In this document: piece by piece, positions 27,153 to 36,358 of the stretch | Layout: each line of letters starts with the position of its first letter | Numbering within the stretch: the stretch's first letter is position 1 | Assembly: GCA_964545475.1 (NCBI GenBank) | Contig: CAZJGG010000003.1 | Location: 757-64,756, forward strand | Source: an uncultured Eubacteriales bacterium | GTDB lineage: Bacteria; Bacillota; Clostridia; Lachnospirales; JAISER01 | Length of the DNA stretch: 64,000 bases | Direction of reading: 5' to 3' | The notes under the pieces: model-generated | Seen by the model: only the letters and a program-made list of their open reading frames with translations | What the model was told of the DNA's origin: nothing | Databases searched by the model: none | Made by a program: the position numbers and the translations under genes

Positions 27153-28829
27153 ATGAAAAAAAATGTAGCAATTTTATTGGCACTTGTATTGACAGTAGCT
27201 TCTTTTGCAGGTTGCGCAAGCAAGCCGGCTGCTCCGCCGGCAGATAGTGGGCAACCAACAGAATCCGCAAGCACAGGTGGAGAAAGCAGCGAAGCACCTG
27301 CTGAAAGCAGCGCCAAGCCAGCCAGTGCAACTTGGGCTTTTTCAAATGAAATTGAACAAATGGATCCGGCTCTTAGCAACTACTCAAGATCAAACATGAT
27401 GCTTAAAAACGTATTCGGAGGACTTTTCAGAGTTAACGAAGAAAACATTCCTGAAAAAGTTTATTGCGAAGATTACACTGTTGACGAAACAGGCACAAAG
27501 TATGAATTTAAAATTGTGCAGGGTGCTAAATGGTCCGACGGTTCTCCTCTTACAGCACATGACTTTGAATATAACATGAAACGTGTTGCAGACCCTAACA
27601 TAGCTTCAAAAGCGGCGGCTGATTCATTTTTCCTTAAAAACGCTGAAAGAGCTTTTAACGGAGAATGTTCTCTTGATGAAATCGGTGTAAAAGCTATTGA
27701 CGACACAACTTTACAAATTGAATTATCAGGGCCAACGCCATATTTCCTTTATGTATTAACTATGCCTTCTTACTTCCCGGTTAAAAAGGAAATTGTTGAA
27801 CAACAAGGCGATGCGTGGACAAAATCTCCTGACACTTACATAAGTAACGGTGCATTTATGGCAAAAGAAATTAGCCCTTTAAACTATACTTTTGTTAAAA
27901 ACCCTAACTTCGTTTTTGCTGATCAAGTAGGTTTAGAAGAACTTAAAATCGTTATTATGGATTCAAGAGAGGCTCACTTTGCAGCTTACAAAACAGGTGA
28001 CATTGATGTATCCGACTATTTAAGCGCAGAAGCTATATCTGAATATAAAGACTCAAGCGAATTGAAATTATCAGACAGAGTTAACCTTTATTATTTCGAC
28101 TTAAACAACTACAATAAAGAAATGTCTGACGTTAGAGTAAGAAAAGCTCTTTCAATGGCTATTGATAGAAAATTAATTATTAATAATATTATTGAAAAAT
28201 CACATCACCCAGCTTACAGTATAATACCTTACGGTATGCCGGACTTGCTTGACGGAAGCAAACAATTCCGTGATGTATCCGGAGATTTATTTACTGAAGA
28301 CGTTGAACAAGCAAAACAATTGCTTGCAGAAGCTGGTTATCCAAACGGAGAAGGACTTCCAGTTCTTAAATTCTTTACACAATCTAACCAGATTGACGTA
28401 GATACAGCGCAAGCTATGCAAGACATGTGGTTGTCTAACCTTGGGGTAAAAACAGAAATTACTACTTTTGAAGATAAAGCTTACTGGAGCGAACAAGACC
28501 AAATGCAATACGATATTTTCCGTGACGGCTTTACTTCAAGCTTCCCAGATCCATACGGCATGTTCTTAACATTTATTTGGCAAAAACAAGAAAGACAAAC
28601 TGGCTGGAAGAGCGAAGAATTTGAAAAATTAATGGCAGATTCTCGTGCAACTACAGACCAAGCAAAACGTGAAGAATATTTCTTAAAAGCTGAAAAACTT
28701 ATGATTGATGAGATGCCTATTATACCATTGTACCACATGGTTGATAACTTCCTTTGTAAGCCACACTTAAAAGGCATTTTCAAAACAGGCGGCGGCCACA
28801 TTGTATTTGAAAAGGCTTATGTAGAGTAA
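27153..28829 (+). CDS. Family-5 peptide-binding lipoprotein (OppA/MppA-like)
   Basis: 558 aa. Lipobox LTVASFAGC followed by a Pro/Ser/Ala/Glu linker. AAGGAGG SD is present. It lies after the ATPase genes. Confidence 0.85.
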   Translation: MKKNVAILLALVLTVASFAGCASKPAAPPADSGQPTESASTGGESSEAPAESSAKPASATWAFSNEIEQMDPALSNYSRSNMMLKNVFGGLFRVNEENIPEKVYCEDYTVDETGTKYEFKIVQGAKWSDGSPLTAHDFEYNMKRVADPNIASKAAADSFFLKNAERAFNGECSLDEIGVKAIDDTTLQIELSGPTPYFLYVLTMPSYFPVKKEIVEQQGDAWTKSPDTYISNGAFMAKEISPLNYTFVKNPNFVFADQVGLEELKIVIMDSREAHFAAYKTGDIDVSDYLSAEAISEYKDSSELKLSDRVNLYYFDLNNYNKEMSDVRVRKALSMAIDRKLIINNIIEKSHHPAYSIIPYGMPDLLDGSKQFRDVSGDLFTEDVEQAKQLLAEAGYPNGEGLPVLKFFTQSNQIDVDTAQAMQDMWLSNLGVKTEITTFEDKAYWSEQDQMQYDIFRDGFTSSFPDPYGMFLTFIWQKQERQTGWKSEEFEKLMADSRATTDQAKREEYFLKAEKLMIDEMPIIPLYHMVDNFLCKPHLKGIFKTGGGHIVFEKAYVE

Positions 28830-28859
28830 TTTTAATACTTTAATTTTAAATTAATATCA

Positions 28860-28888
28860 GGGCGTGTTTGAATTTTTCAGACACGCCC
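28860..28888. repeat. Hairpin with stem GGGCGTGT...ACACGCCC, related to the one at 20872
   Basis: GGGCGTGTTTGAATTTTTCAGACACGCCC. No T tract follows. It sits between the binding-protein gene and ldcA. Confidence 0.55.
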
Positions 28889-28937
28889 GATTAAGGATTA
28901 TTAGAAAAATATTGCCATAAATGGAGGTCAGTTAATT

Positions 28938-29873
28938 ATGCAAAAACCCAAAGCTTTAAAAAAGGGTGACACTATTGGCTTAGTTGCACCGTCCGGCCCA
29001 GTTAAGGATTTAAGCCAAATTGATAAGGCTGTTAAAATTATTGAAGAGTGGGGCTTTAAAGCAAAGCTTGGAAAAGCTGTTAAAGAGCAGTATGGTTATA
29101 TGGCAGGGCGTGAAGAAGGCCGTGTTGCGGATATTCATGAAATGTTTGCAGACGACAGCGTTGACGGCATTTTCTGTATAAGAGGGGGGTATGGTACACC
29201 TCGAATTGCAGGGATGCTTGATATGGATTTAATAAAGAAAAATCCAAAGGTGTTCGTTGGATACAGTGATATTACAACACTGCTAATAATGCTTGCGCAA
29301 CAAGGGGATATGGTTTCTTTCCATGGCCCAATGCCTACATCTGATTTCACTAGTGATAAATTCGGGGAATATTCAAAAGATAGTTTATTAAATACGGTTA
29401 CATCCACAGCACCTTTAGGGGAACTTAAAAACCCAGAAGGGCACGAACTTCAATGTTTATCCCCAGGGGTTGTAACAGCGCCTATTATTGGCGGAAACTT
29501 AACATTAATCGGCTTAACTATGGGAACACCTTATGAAATAGATTTAAAAGATAAAATATTGTTAATTGAAGATATAAGCGAAGAACCTCATAAAATAGAC
29601 GGCCGTCTTTGCCAGCTTAAAAACGCCGGCAAACTTGATGAATGCGCTGGTTTTATTATTGGGGATTTTAACGATGCAATTCCTTATAACACAAACCCAA
29701 GTCTTTTATGGGAAGAGGTTATTAACGATTTAATAATTCCAACTAAAAAACCTGTTTTAGGTAATTTACGAGCAGGTCACTGCGAACCAAAAATTACAGT
29801 GCCTTTCGGTGTGCCAGTTACTCTTGATGCCACAAATAAAAAGATTATTTGCAATGAAAGTTTTTGCATTTAA
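28938..29873 (+). CDS. ldcA: LD-carboxypeptidase (S66 peptidase, LdcA/YkfA-like)
   Basis: 311 aa. Shows the typical S66 layout: IGLVAPSGP at the N-terminus, the GYSDITTLL nucleophile region, and a C-terminal GH motif. Confidence 0.85.
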   Translation: MQKPKALKKGDTIGLVAPSGPVKDLSQIDKAVKIIEEWGFKAKLGKAVKEQYGYMAGREEGRVADIHEMFADDSVDGIFCIRGGYGTPRIAGMLDMDLIKKNPKVFVGYSDITTLLIMLAQQGDMVSFHGPMPTSDFTSDKFGEYSKDSLLNTVTSTAPLGELKNPEGHELQCLSPGVVTAPIIGGNLTLIGLTMGTPYEIDLKDKILLIEDISEEPHKIDGRLCQLKNAGKLDECAGFIIGDFNDAIPYNTNPSLLWEEVINDLIIPTKKPVLGNLRAGHCEPKITVPFGVPVTLDATNKKIICNESFCI

Positions 29874-29887
29874 TAGGAGGCTTTAAA

Positions 29888-31018
29888 TTGAGCTTTGAAA
29901 CTTATGCCGAAATTAATTTAGATAATATAACCCATAATATTACCGCCCTTAAAAAACATGTGGGAAATGCGGAGGTTATGGCTGTTTTAAAGGCAAACGC
30001 TTATGGGCTTGATGCGCCATCAATTTTTAAACATTTGTGCTCAATAGGGGTAAAGCGGTTTGCTGTTGCAAATTTTAGAGAAGCTATGGAGCTTAGGCAG
30101 ATAGATTCTCAAGTACCAATTCTTATTTTTGGAAACATTAATCCGGAAAATATGGAAACGGCGATTAATAATAATTTAACAATTACAGTTTTTTCTAAAG
30201 AGTTTTGGGAAATTTTGAAACAAAAAATAGACAAAAACGTTAATGTGCATATAAAACTTAACACGGGCTTTAACCGTTTAGGCTTTGAATGCGATGACGA
30301 AAGTGTTAAAATAATAAAAGAAATTGCAAACAATCCTTTTGTAAATACAGAAGGGGTATATTCCCATCTTGCCCTTGGAAGCGAGGAAAACGACAAGGCG
30401 CAATTTGACTTGTTTACCGATATGGTTTCAAGGCTTGAAAATGAGGGAATAAAATTTAAGTTTAAGCATATTGCTGATAGCATTTCCGCAGTGACATACA
30501 AATGGTCACACCTTGATATGGTTCGCCTTGGTGCGGTTATGTACGGGCTTAAAGCCAATTATCCCGGGTATGATGAATTGGGGCTTAAAGGTACTGTAAG
30601 GCTTTATTCAAGCGTATCCCAAGTTAGAAAAATTAAAAAAGGAGCAGGTATTTCTTACGACTATTTGTTTTGCGCCCCAGAAGATATGACCGTAGCCACA
30701 GTGGCGTTTGGTTATGCCGACGGTTACCCCAGAAATTTAGGCAGAGAAAACGGCTTTGTGCTTATTCATGGGCAAAAAGCTACTATTCTTGGTATAATGT
30801 GTATGGATCAGTGCGTTGTAGACGTTACTCATATTTCTGATGTGAGAGTTAACGATGAAGTGCTTCTTTATGAAACAGAAGATAAGTCGCCGGTTTCAGT
30901 AGCTTCTGTTGCGCTGTTGGCAGGGACAAACAAAAACGGCTTGCTTTCAGGTATAACTAAGAGGGTTGCGAAAGTTTATATTAAAAATTATGAAAGATTA
31001 TCGTCGGAGCAGTTATAA
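29888..31018 (+). CDS. alr: Alanine racemase (PLP-dependent)
   Basis: I placed the start at TTG 29888, with TAGGAGG 8 nt upstream. The PLP-lysine motif AVLKANAYG is present. The product is about 376 aa. Confidence 0.85.
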   Translation: MSFETYAEINLDNITHNITALKKHVGNAEVMAVLKANAYGLDAPSIFKHLCSIGVKRFAVANFREAMELRQIDSQVPILIFGNINPENMETAINNNLTITVFSKEFWEILKQKIDKNVNVHIKLNTGFNRLGFECDDESVKIIKEIANNPFVNTEGVYSHLALGSEENDKAQFDLFTDMVSRLENEGIKFKFKHIADSISAVTYKWSHLDMVRLGAVMYGLKANYPGYDELGLKGTVRLYSSVSQVRKIKKGAGISYDYLFCAPEDMTVATVAFGYADGYPRNLGRENGFVLIHGQKATILGIMCMDQCVVDVTHISDVRVNDEVLLYETEDKSPVSVASVALLAGTNKNGLLSGITKRVAKVYIKNYERLSSEQL

Positions 31019-31052
31019 ATGTTAATAAATATATTTAAAAAGAAGGCTTGAA

Positions 31053-32243
31053 ATGAAATTAAATGAAATAAACAGGCAGGCTGATTTAATGTTTCCGCTG
31101 TTAACAGAGCTGAGAAGGCATTTACATATAAATCCAGAGCTTGGACAGCAGGAATTTATGACCCAAAAATTTATAATGGAGTTTCTTCAAAATGAGGGAA
31201 TCCCTTGTGAAAAAATTGCCGATACCGGAGTTATTGCTTGGGTTAAAGGAAACGCACCCGGCAGAGTTGTTGCCGCAAGAGCGGACATTGATGCCTTGCC
31301 GATTTTAGAGGATGACGGAGCAGCGTATTGCTCTGTAAACAAGGGAGTTATGCACGCTTGCGGTCATGATGCCCATACAGCCATAAATATGGGTTTGGCT
31401 AAATTTTTTAATGATAATAAAGAATCATTTCATGGTACGGTAAAATTCTTTTATCAGCCTGCAGAGGAAACTGTTGGCGGCGCAAGGCGCATGATTGAGG
31501 CAGGTTGCATGGAAAACCCGAAAGTTGATTATGTAATAGGGTTGCATGTTATGCCTTATATATATTATAATCAAGTGGAAGTAAAACACGGTCCTCTTAA
31601 CGCTTCAACAAACACAGTAAGACTTACTGTAAGAGGAAAAAGCGGACATGGGGCATACCCTGACATATGCGTTGATGCCATTATGATTGCGGCGCAAATT
31701 ATTGTGTCTTTACAATCAGTAGTAAGCAGAAATATTTCCCCCCTTGATTGCGCTGTTTTAACATTTGGCAAAATTAACGGAGGAAAAGCCGGCAACGTTA
31801 TTGCCGATGAGGTGGAGCTAGTTGGAACTTTGCGTTCTTCCGGGCCCCATGTGGAAAAAATTATGCTGGAAAAAGTAAGGACAATAGCAACGGGCATTGC
31901 TGCGGCTATGGGTGGCGAATGTATTATGAAGCTTGGGGGAGACGGTTATTTACCCCTTGTTAACGACGATGAGATTATTGATTTAATAACGGAAAACGCC
32001 GTGGAGTATTTAGGCGCAGAAAACGTTAATTTTAAGCCTGTTATGAGCATGGGTGGGGAAGATTTTTCTTTCTTTAACGCTAATACAAGAGGTGCATTTT
32101 ATAGCTTGGGTTGCCGTGTTCAGGGCAGAGAACCTTATGGGTTACATACAAAGCAATTTGATATTGATGAACGATGCTTGAAAACAGGGCTTGTTCTGCA
32201 AGCCATGAATATATATAAATTATTAGCATATGGCAAACTCTAA
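31053..32243 (+). CDS. M20D-family amidohydrolase (N-acyl amino acid / peptide amidohydrolase)
   Basis: 396 aa. Contains ARADIDALPI, HACGHDAH and FYQPAEE motifs of the M20D/ILR1-type family. Confidence 0.8.
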   Translation: MKLNEINRQADLMFPLLTELRRHLHINPELGQQEFMTQKFIMEFLQNEGIPCEKIADTGVIAWVKGNAPGRVVAARADIDALPILEDDGAAYCSVNKGVMHACGHDAHTAINMGLAKFFNDNKESFHGTVKFFYQPAEETVGGARRMIEAGCMENPKVDYVIGLHVMPYIYYNQVEVKHGPLNASTNTVRLTVRGKSGHGAYPDICVDAIMIAAQIIVSLQSVVSRNISPLDCAVLTFGKINGGKAGNVIADEVELVGTLRSSGPHVEKIMLEKVRTIATGIAAAMGGECIMKLGGDGYLPLVNDDEIIDLITENAVEYLGAENVNFKPVMSMGGEDFSFFNANTRGAFYSLGCRVQGREPYGLHTKQFDIDERCLKTGLVLQAMNIYKLLAYGKL

Positions 32244-32399
32244 AAACCCCATTTCGCCATTTTTTTGGCAAATTTTCCGTTTTGCTGTGTCAGCGAGAAA
32301 CGCCCATACAATTGATAGTATGAACGTTCCTCGCTTCCTTTCAAAACGAAAAATTTGCTCAAAAATCTGACGAAAGCGAGTTTTTAGAGGTTGCCTATA
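32238..32399. repeat. Palindromic (MITE/REP-like) intergenic repeat, copy A
   Basis: About 162 bp of imperfect palindrome centred near 32318. It is homologous to 54001-54182. It begins at the M20D stop codon and ends at the SD of the next gene. Confidence 0.85.
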
Positions 32400-32412
32400 A
32401 AGGAGATTAAAC

Positions 32413-33210
32413 ATGAAGATTTTTTTAAGCTGTGATATTGAGGGCACTAACGGAATTGCACATTGGGATGAAACTGAAAACGACAAAGCGCCTTACAAAT
32501 ATTGGGCGGACGTAATGACAAAAGAAGTTAACGCCGTTTGCAATGGTATTAACAATGCTTCTAGTGATTGCCAAATTTTTGTTAAAGACGCTCATGGCAG
32601 CGGTAGAAATCTTGACCATCAAATGCTTCCATTAAACGTTACTTTAAACAGAAGCTGGGCAAGACACCCATATTCTATGATGTACGGTATTGATTCTTCC
32701 TTTGATGCAACAATATTTTCCGGCTATCACAGCGGTGCAGCGAACAACGGTAATCCTCTTGCCCACACAATGAACGGGCAAATTATATATTTAAAAATTA
32801 ACGGCATGTATATTAGCGAATGTATAATGAACTATTATTCTTCGCTTTATAATGGCGTTCCTCTTGTTATGGTAGCCGGGGACGAAGCTCTTTGCGAATC
32901 AATTAAAAAAATTGAGCCTAACATTTACACTGTAACCAGCTTTGTGGGATGCGGCGGAAGCGTTACTTCTGAACACCCGGAAGTAACAAGAAAAAAAATA
33001 ATGGAGACAGCAGAAATTGCTGTTAAAAACCGTTCAAAAATGAGCGCTAAACTTCCAGAGGAGTTTAAAGCAGAAGTTTACTTTAAAACACATATGCAAG
33101 CTTCAAGAGCTACGTTTTACCCAGGGGCTTATAAAGTTACCGACCATAGCGTTGGCTTTGACACAAAAGATTACTTTGAATTCTTGAAATTTTTTATGTT
33201 TGTAAGCTAA
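32413..33210 (+). CDS. M55-family D-aminopeptidase (B. subtilis DppA family)
   Basis: 265 aa. Contains MKIFLSCDIEGTNGI, VKDAHGSG, GYH and VPLVMVAGD, which align to the B. subtilis DppA pattern. Confidence 0.8.
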   Translation: MKIFLSCDIEGTNGIAHWDETENDKAPYKYWADVMTKEVNAVCNGINNASSDCQIFVKDAHGSGRNLDHQMLPLNVTLNRSWARHPYSMMYGIDSSFDATIFSGYHSGAANNGNPLAHTMNGQIIYLKINGMYISECIMNYYSSLYNGVPLVMVAGDEALCESIKKIEPNIYTVTSFVGCGGSVTSEHPEVTRKKIMETAEIAVKNRSKMSAKLPEEFKAEVYFKTHMQASRATFYPGAYKVTDHSVGFDTKDYFEFLKFFMFVS

Positions 33211-33260
33211 CTGTAATTTATATATAAACAAAAGACAAATAATTAATAGGAGATATGTTA

Positions 33261-34583
33261 ATGGACTATAAAATTCATAGCAAAAACCTGCCTAACGACA
33301 AATTCTTTACAGTAAACCAAAACGGAAATATGGAATTTAATAAGTGCGACGTTGTGGAGCTTGCTAAGGAATACGGCACGCCTTTATATGTTGTAAATGA
33401 AGACGGAATCCGTGAAAAATGCCAGATAGTTAAAAAAGGCTTTATGAATAAATATGACAACACTTTGGCGCTTTACGCAAGCAAAGCTTTTAGTTGCACT
33501 GAAATTTATAGAATATTAAAAGAAGAAGGTTTGGGTGTAGACGTTGTATCCGGCGGAGAGCTTTACACGGCTTACAAAGCTGGTTTCCCTATGGACAAAG
33601 TTTATTTCCACGGAAACAATAAATCCGCTGCAGAATTAGAACTTGCCCTTGACTATAAAGTTGGCAGATTAGTTGTAGATAGCTATCACGAGCTAGAAGT
33701 TTTAAATGAAATTGCTAAAAAACGTGGCGTAAAGCAAGAAATTCTTTTAAGAATTTCTCCAGGTATAGATATTCACTCCCACGAATACTTAAAAACAGGG
33801 GTTTTAGACTGTAAATTCGGCTTCCCAATTGAAACCGGGTTTGCCCATGATGTTTGCCTTAAAGCCTCTCAATATGAAAACTTAGAATTGGTTGGTATTC
33901 ATTGCCATATAGGCTCTCAAATATTACTTACAGATAGTTTTACTGATGCAATTTTAGTTATGGCTAACTTTATTAAAGAAATTAAAGATAAATACGGTAT
34001 TTGCCTTAAAGAGTTAAACGTGGGCGGCGGTTACGGCGTGCGCTTTACTGATGATTCTGAATTTTTAGATGTTTGTAGCCTTTGGGAATTAATGATGAAT
34101 GCTCTTTACAAATTTTGCGACGAAAACTCCCTTGACATTCCAAAAGTCCTTATTGAGCCGGGAAGATGGATTATTTCTGAAAGCGGCATAACCCTTTATA
34201 AAACAGGTACTGAAAAAGATATTAAAGGTGTTCGCAAGTATATAAGCGTAGACGGCGGCATGGCAGACAACCCAAGAGTGACTTTATACGGCGCGAAATA
34301 TCAAGCTCTTTGTGCAAACAAAATGAATGAGCAGGAAACTCAGTTGGTTTCAATCGCCGGAAGATGCTGTGAAACAGGGGATATCCTCATTAAAGACATT
34401 GTTATGCCAGATCTTGAGCCAAACGATGTATTGGCGGTTCTTTCAACCGGGGCTTACAACTACGCAATGTCCAGCAATTATAACAGGCTTCCGAGACCTG
34501 CTGTTGTTATGATTAAGGACGGAAAGCCAAGAATAATTGTAAAACGGGAAACATATGAAGATATTATCCGCAATGACGTATAA
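33261..34583 (+). CDS. lysA: Diaminopimelate decarboxylase
   Basis: About 440 aa fold-III PLP decarboxylase (YASKAF, GGGYGV, CETGD, GAY). I chose ATG 33261 as the start; AGGAG lies 8 nt upstream. Confidence 0.85.
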   Translation: MDYKIHSKNLPNDKFFTVNQNGNMEFNKCDVVELAKEYGTPLYVVNEDGIREKCQIVKKGFMNKYDNTLALYASKAFSCTEIYRILKEEGLGVDVVSGGELYTAYKAGFPMDKVYFHGNNKSAAELELALDYKVGRLVVDSYHELEVLNEIAKKRGVKQEILLRISPGIDIHSHEYLKTGVLDCKFGFPIETGFAHDVCLKASQYENLELVGIHCHIGSQILLTDSFTDAILVMANFIKEIKDKYGICLKELNVGGGYGVRFTDDSEFLDVCSLWELMMNALYKFCDENSLDIPKVLIEPGRWIISESGITLYKTGTEKDIKGVRKYISVDGGMADNPRVTLYGAKYQALCANKMNEQETQLVSIAGRCCETGDILIKDIVMPDLEPNDVLAVLSTGAYNYAMSSNYNRLPRPAVVMIKDGKPRIIVKRETYEDIIRNDV

Positions 34584-34600
34584 TATTTAAATAATTAAGA

Positions 34601-34636
34601 AATAGTGGTCGGCTTGGTTATGCCGCCACTATTTTT
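34601..34636 (+). terminator. Intrinsic terminator after lysA
   Basis: AATAGTGGTCGGC, loop, GCCGCCACTATT, followed by TTTT. Confidence 0.75.
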
Positions 34637-34655
34637 ATAGAACGGAGATAATCTT

Positions 34656-35420
34656 ATGCAGGATAAAATAATTGAATATTACAACAATTACGATGAAGAC
34701 GGTAGACTAAAAAAAGATAACTTACATAAAGTTGAGTTTTTAACAACAACGGCTTACTTTGATAAATATTTTAGTTCAAGCCAGAAAATACTTGATGCCT
34801 GCGCAGGGACAGGCGTTTACGCCTTTTACTTTGCAGAAAAAGGACATGAAGTAACAGCGTGTGACTTAGTTTCTCACAATGTAGAAATTATGAAAAAAAG
34901 CCATAAAGCTGATATGCTAAAGCAAATTAGCGTTTGCGATGTGCTTAATATTTCGGAACAATTTGAGCCTGAATCTTTTGATTGTGTGTTGTGTATGGGT
35001 GCGCTTTATCATTTGCGTTCTAAAGAGGATAGGTTAAAGGCAATTAAAGAATGTTTTGATGCAACGAAAAAGGGCGGTTATGTTGTTTTGGCTTATGTAA
35101 ATATGTTTCCAGTAGTAATGTTGGAAACAAACGACGATTTAAGTAATATGGATGAGATGAACCGCATTTTAAATAAACAGGATGATTACATTTTTACTTT
35201 TTCAACTCCAGATGAAATAGAATCTTTGGCAGAACAAGTAGGGCTGAAAAAAGTTTGTCATTTTGGGGCAGACGGTATGTTTTACAGTATTATTGACAAA
35301 GTAAACAACGCTTCTGATGAAGACTTTAAAAAATTAATGGAATACCATTTGGCAACATGTGAAGAACCAAGCATTTTGGGAGCAAGTATGCATGGGTTAT
35401 ATATTGGGCAAAAATTATAA
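34656..35420 (+). CDS. Class I SAM-dependent methyltransferase
   Basis: 254 aa with motif I ILDACAGTGVY and a post-I acidic residue (ACDL). Confidence 0.75.
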   Translation: MQDKIIEYYNNYDEDGRLKKDNLHKVEFLTTTAYFDKYFSSSQKILDACAGTGVYAFYFAEKGHEVTACDLVSHNVEIMKKSHKADMLKQISVCDVLNISEQFEPESFDCVLCMGALYHLRSKEDRLKAIKECFDATKKGGYVVLAYVNMFPVVMLETNDDLSNMDEMNRILNKQDDYIFTFSTPDEIESLAEQVGLKKVCHFGADGMFYSIIDKVNNASDEDFKKLMEYHLATCEEPSILGASMHGLYIGQKL

Positions 35421-35440
35421 AGTTATTTCAGCATAATCAT

Positions 35441-35478
35441 AAATTTTTAGAGCGTGTTAAAACACGCTCTAAAAATTT
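35441..35478. terminator. Bidirectional terminator between convergent genes
   Basis: Near-perfect palindrome AAATTTTTAGAGCGTGTT-AA-AACACGCTCTAAAAATTT, with A and T tracts on both sides. Confidence 0.8.
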
Positions 35479-36355
35479 ATTTAAATATATCGTTTTTAAT
35501 TTTAATACCTGTTTCAGTAAAGGCGATGCCTCCAAGGGCAGTTTCTCTTAGCTCAAAAGGAAGAGCCTTGCCGACTTTAAACATTGCCTCAATTACTTCA
35601 TCTGCAGGGATAATGCTTTTCATGCCCCCAAGAGCAAGGTCTGCGCTTAAAATGGCGTTAACCGCCTGGGAGGCATTTCTTTGGGCGCATGGAACTTGCA
35701 CAAGCCCGGCAACCGGGTCGCAAACAAGCCCCATACAGTTCATAAGGGCGAAACAGCAAGCGTTTATAGCAGCTTCGTTTGTGCCTCCTGCCAAAAACAC
35801 TGCCGCCGAAGCAGACATTGCTGCCGCTACGCCGCATTCTGCCTGACAGCCGCCTTCTGCCCCGGAAACCGTTGCATTTTTCATTATTATTGCGCCAATA
35901 CCGGAAGCAGTTAATAAAGCCTTTAAAATTTGATCTTTTTCACAATTATATTTTTCTCCCACTGATATTAAAACAGCCGGTAAAATTCCGCAAGCCCCTG
36001 CTGTTGGTGCGGCGCAAATTTTACCCATAGAGGCATTAACTTCACTGCAAGAAAGAGCTCTTGCCATAAGCTTATTTATAAAACCGCCGCAAATAGTGTT
36101 GTCATTTTTGCTATAATTGTTTTGAGTGGTGGAAAGCCCCTCAATTAAGCCGCCTACAGTAGGGAGCGCCTGGTCAAGAGCTTTTTCTGCGGATTTGCAC
36201 ATTACTTCGTAACGGCTATCAAGCTGTTGAAATATTTGTTCGTCTGTAAGACCAGTTAAATTCTTTTCGTTTTCAAGAATGACTTCCCATAAATGTGCAT
36301 TTTTATTTTTAGCCCCAGTGTATATATCATTAATTGTATTATACAAGTTTTTCAC
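35477..36355 (-). CDS. sdaAA: L-serine dehydratase, iron-sulfur type, alpha subunit
   Basis: 292 aa with conserved Gly/Cys-rich blocks (AAPTAGACGILPA, GAEGGCQAECG). Confidence 0.9.
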   Translation of the reverse strand: MKNLYNTINDIYTGAKNKNAHLWEVILENEKNLTGLTDEQIFQQLDSRYEVMCKSAEKALDQALPTVGGLIEGLSTTQNNYSKNDNTICGGFINKLMARALSCSEVNASMGKICAAPTAGACGILPAVLISVGEKYNCEKDQILKALLTASGIGAIIMKNATVSGAEGGCQAECGVAAAMSASAAVFLAGGTNEAAINACCFALMNCMGLVCDPVAGLVQVPCAQRNASQAVNAILSADLALGGMKSIIPADEVIEAMFKVGKALPFELRETALGGIAFTETGIKIKNDIFK

Positions 36356-36358
36356 CTC

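Noticed and set aside
35454-36030. Three plus-strand ORFs (77-130 aa, Ala/Pro/Ser-rich) antisense to sdaAA.
   Set aside because: These are shadow ORFs opposite a strongly supported gene with a Gly/Ala/Cys-rich, locally GC-rich sequence. They have no SDs.
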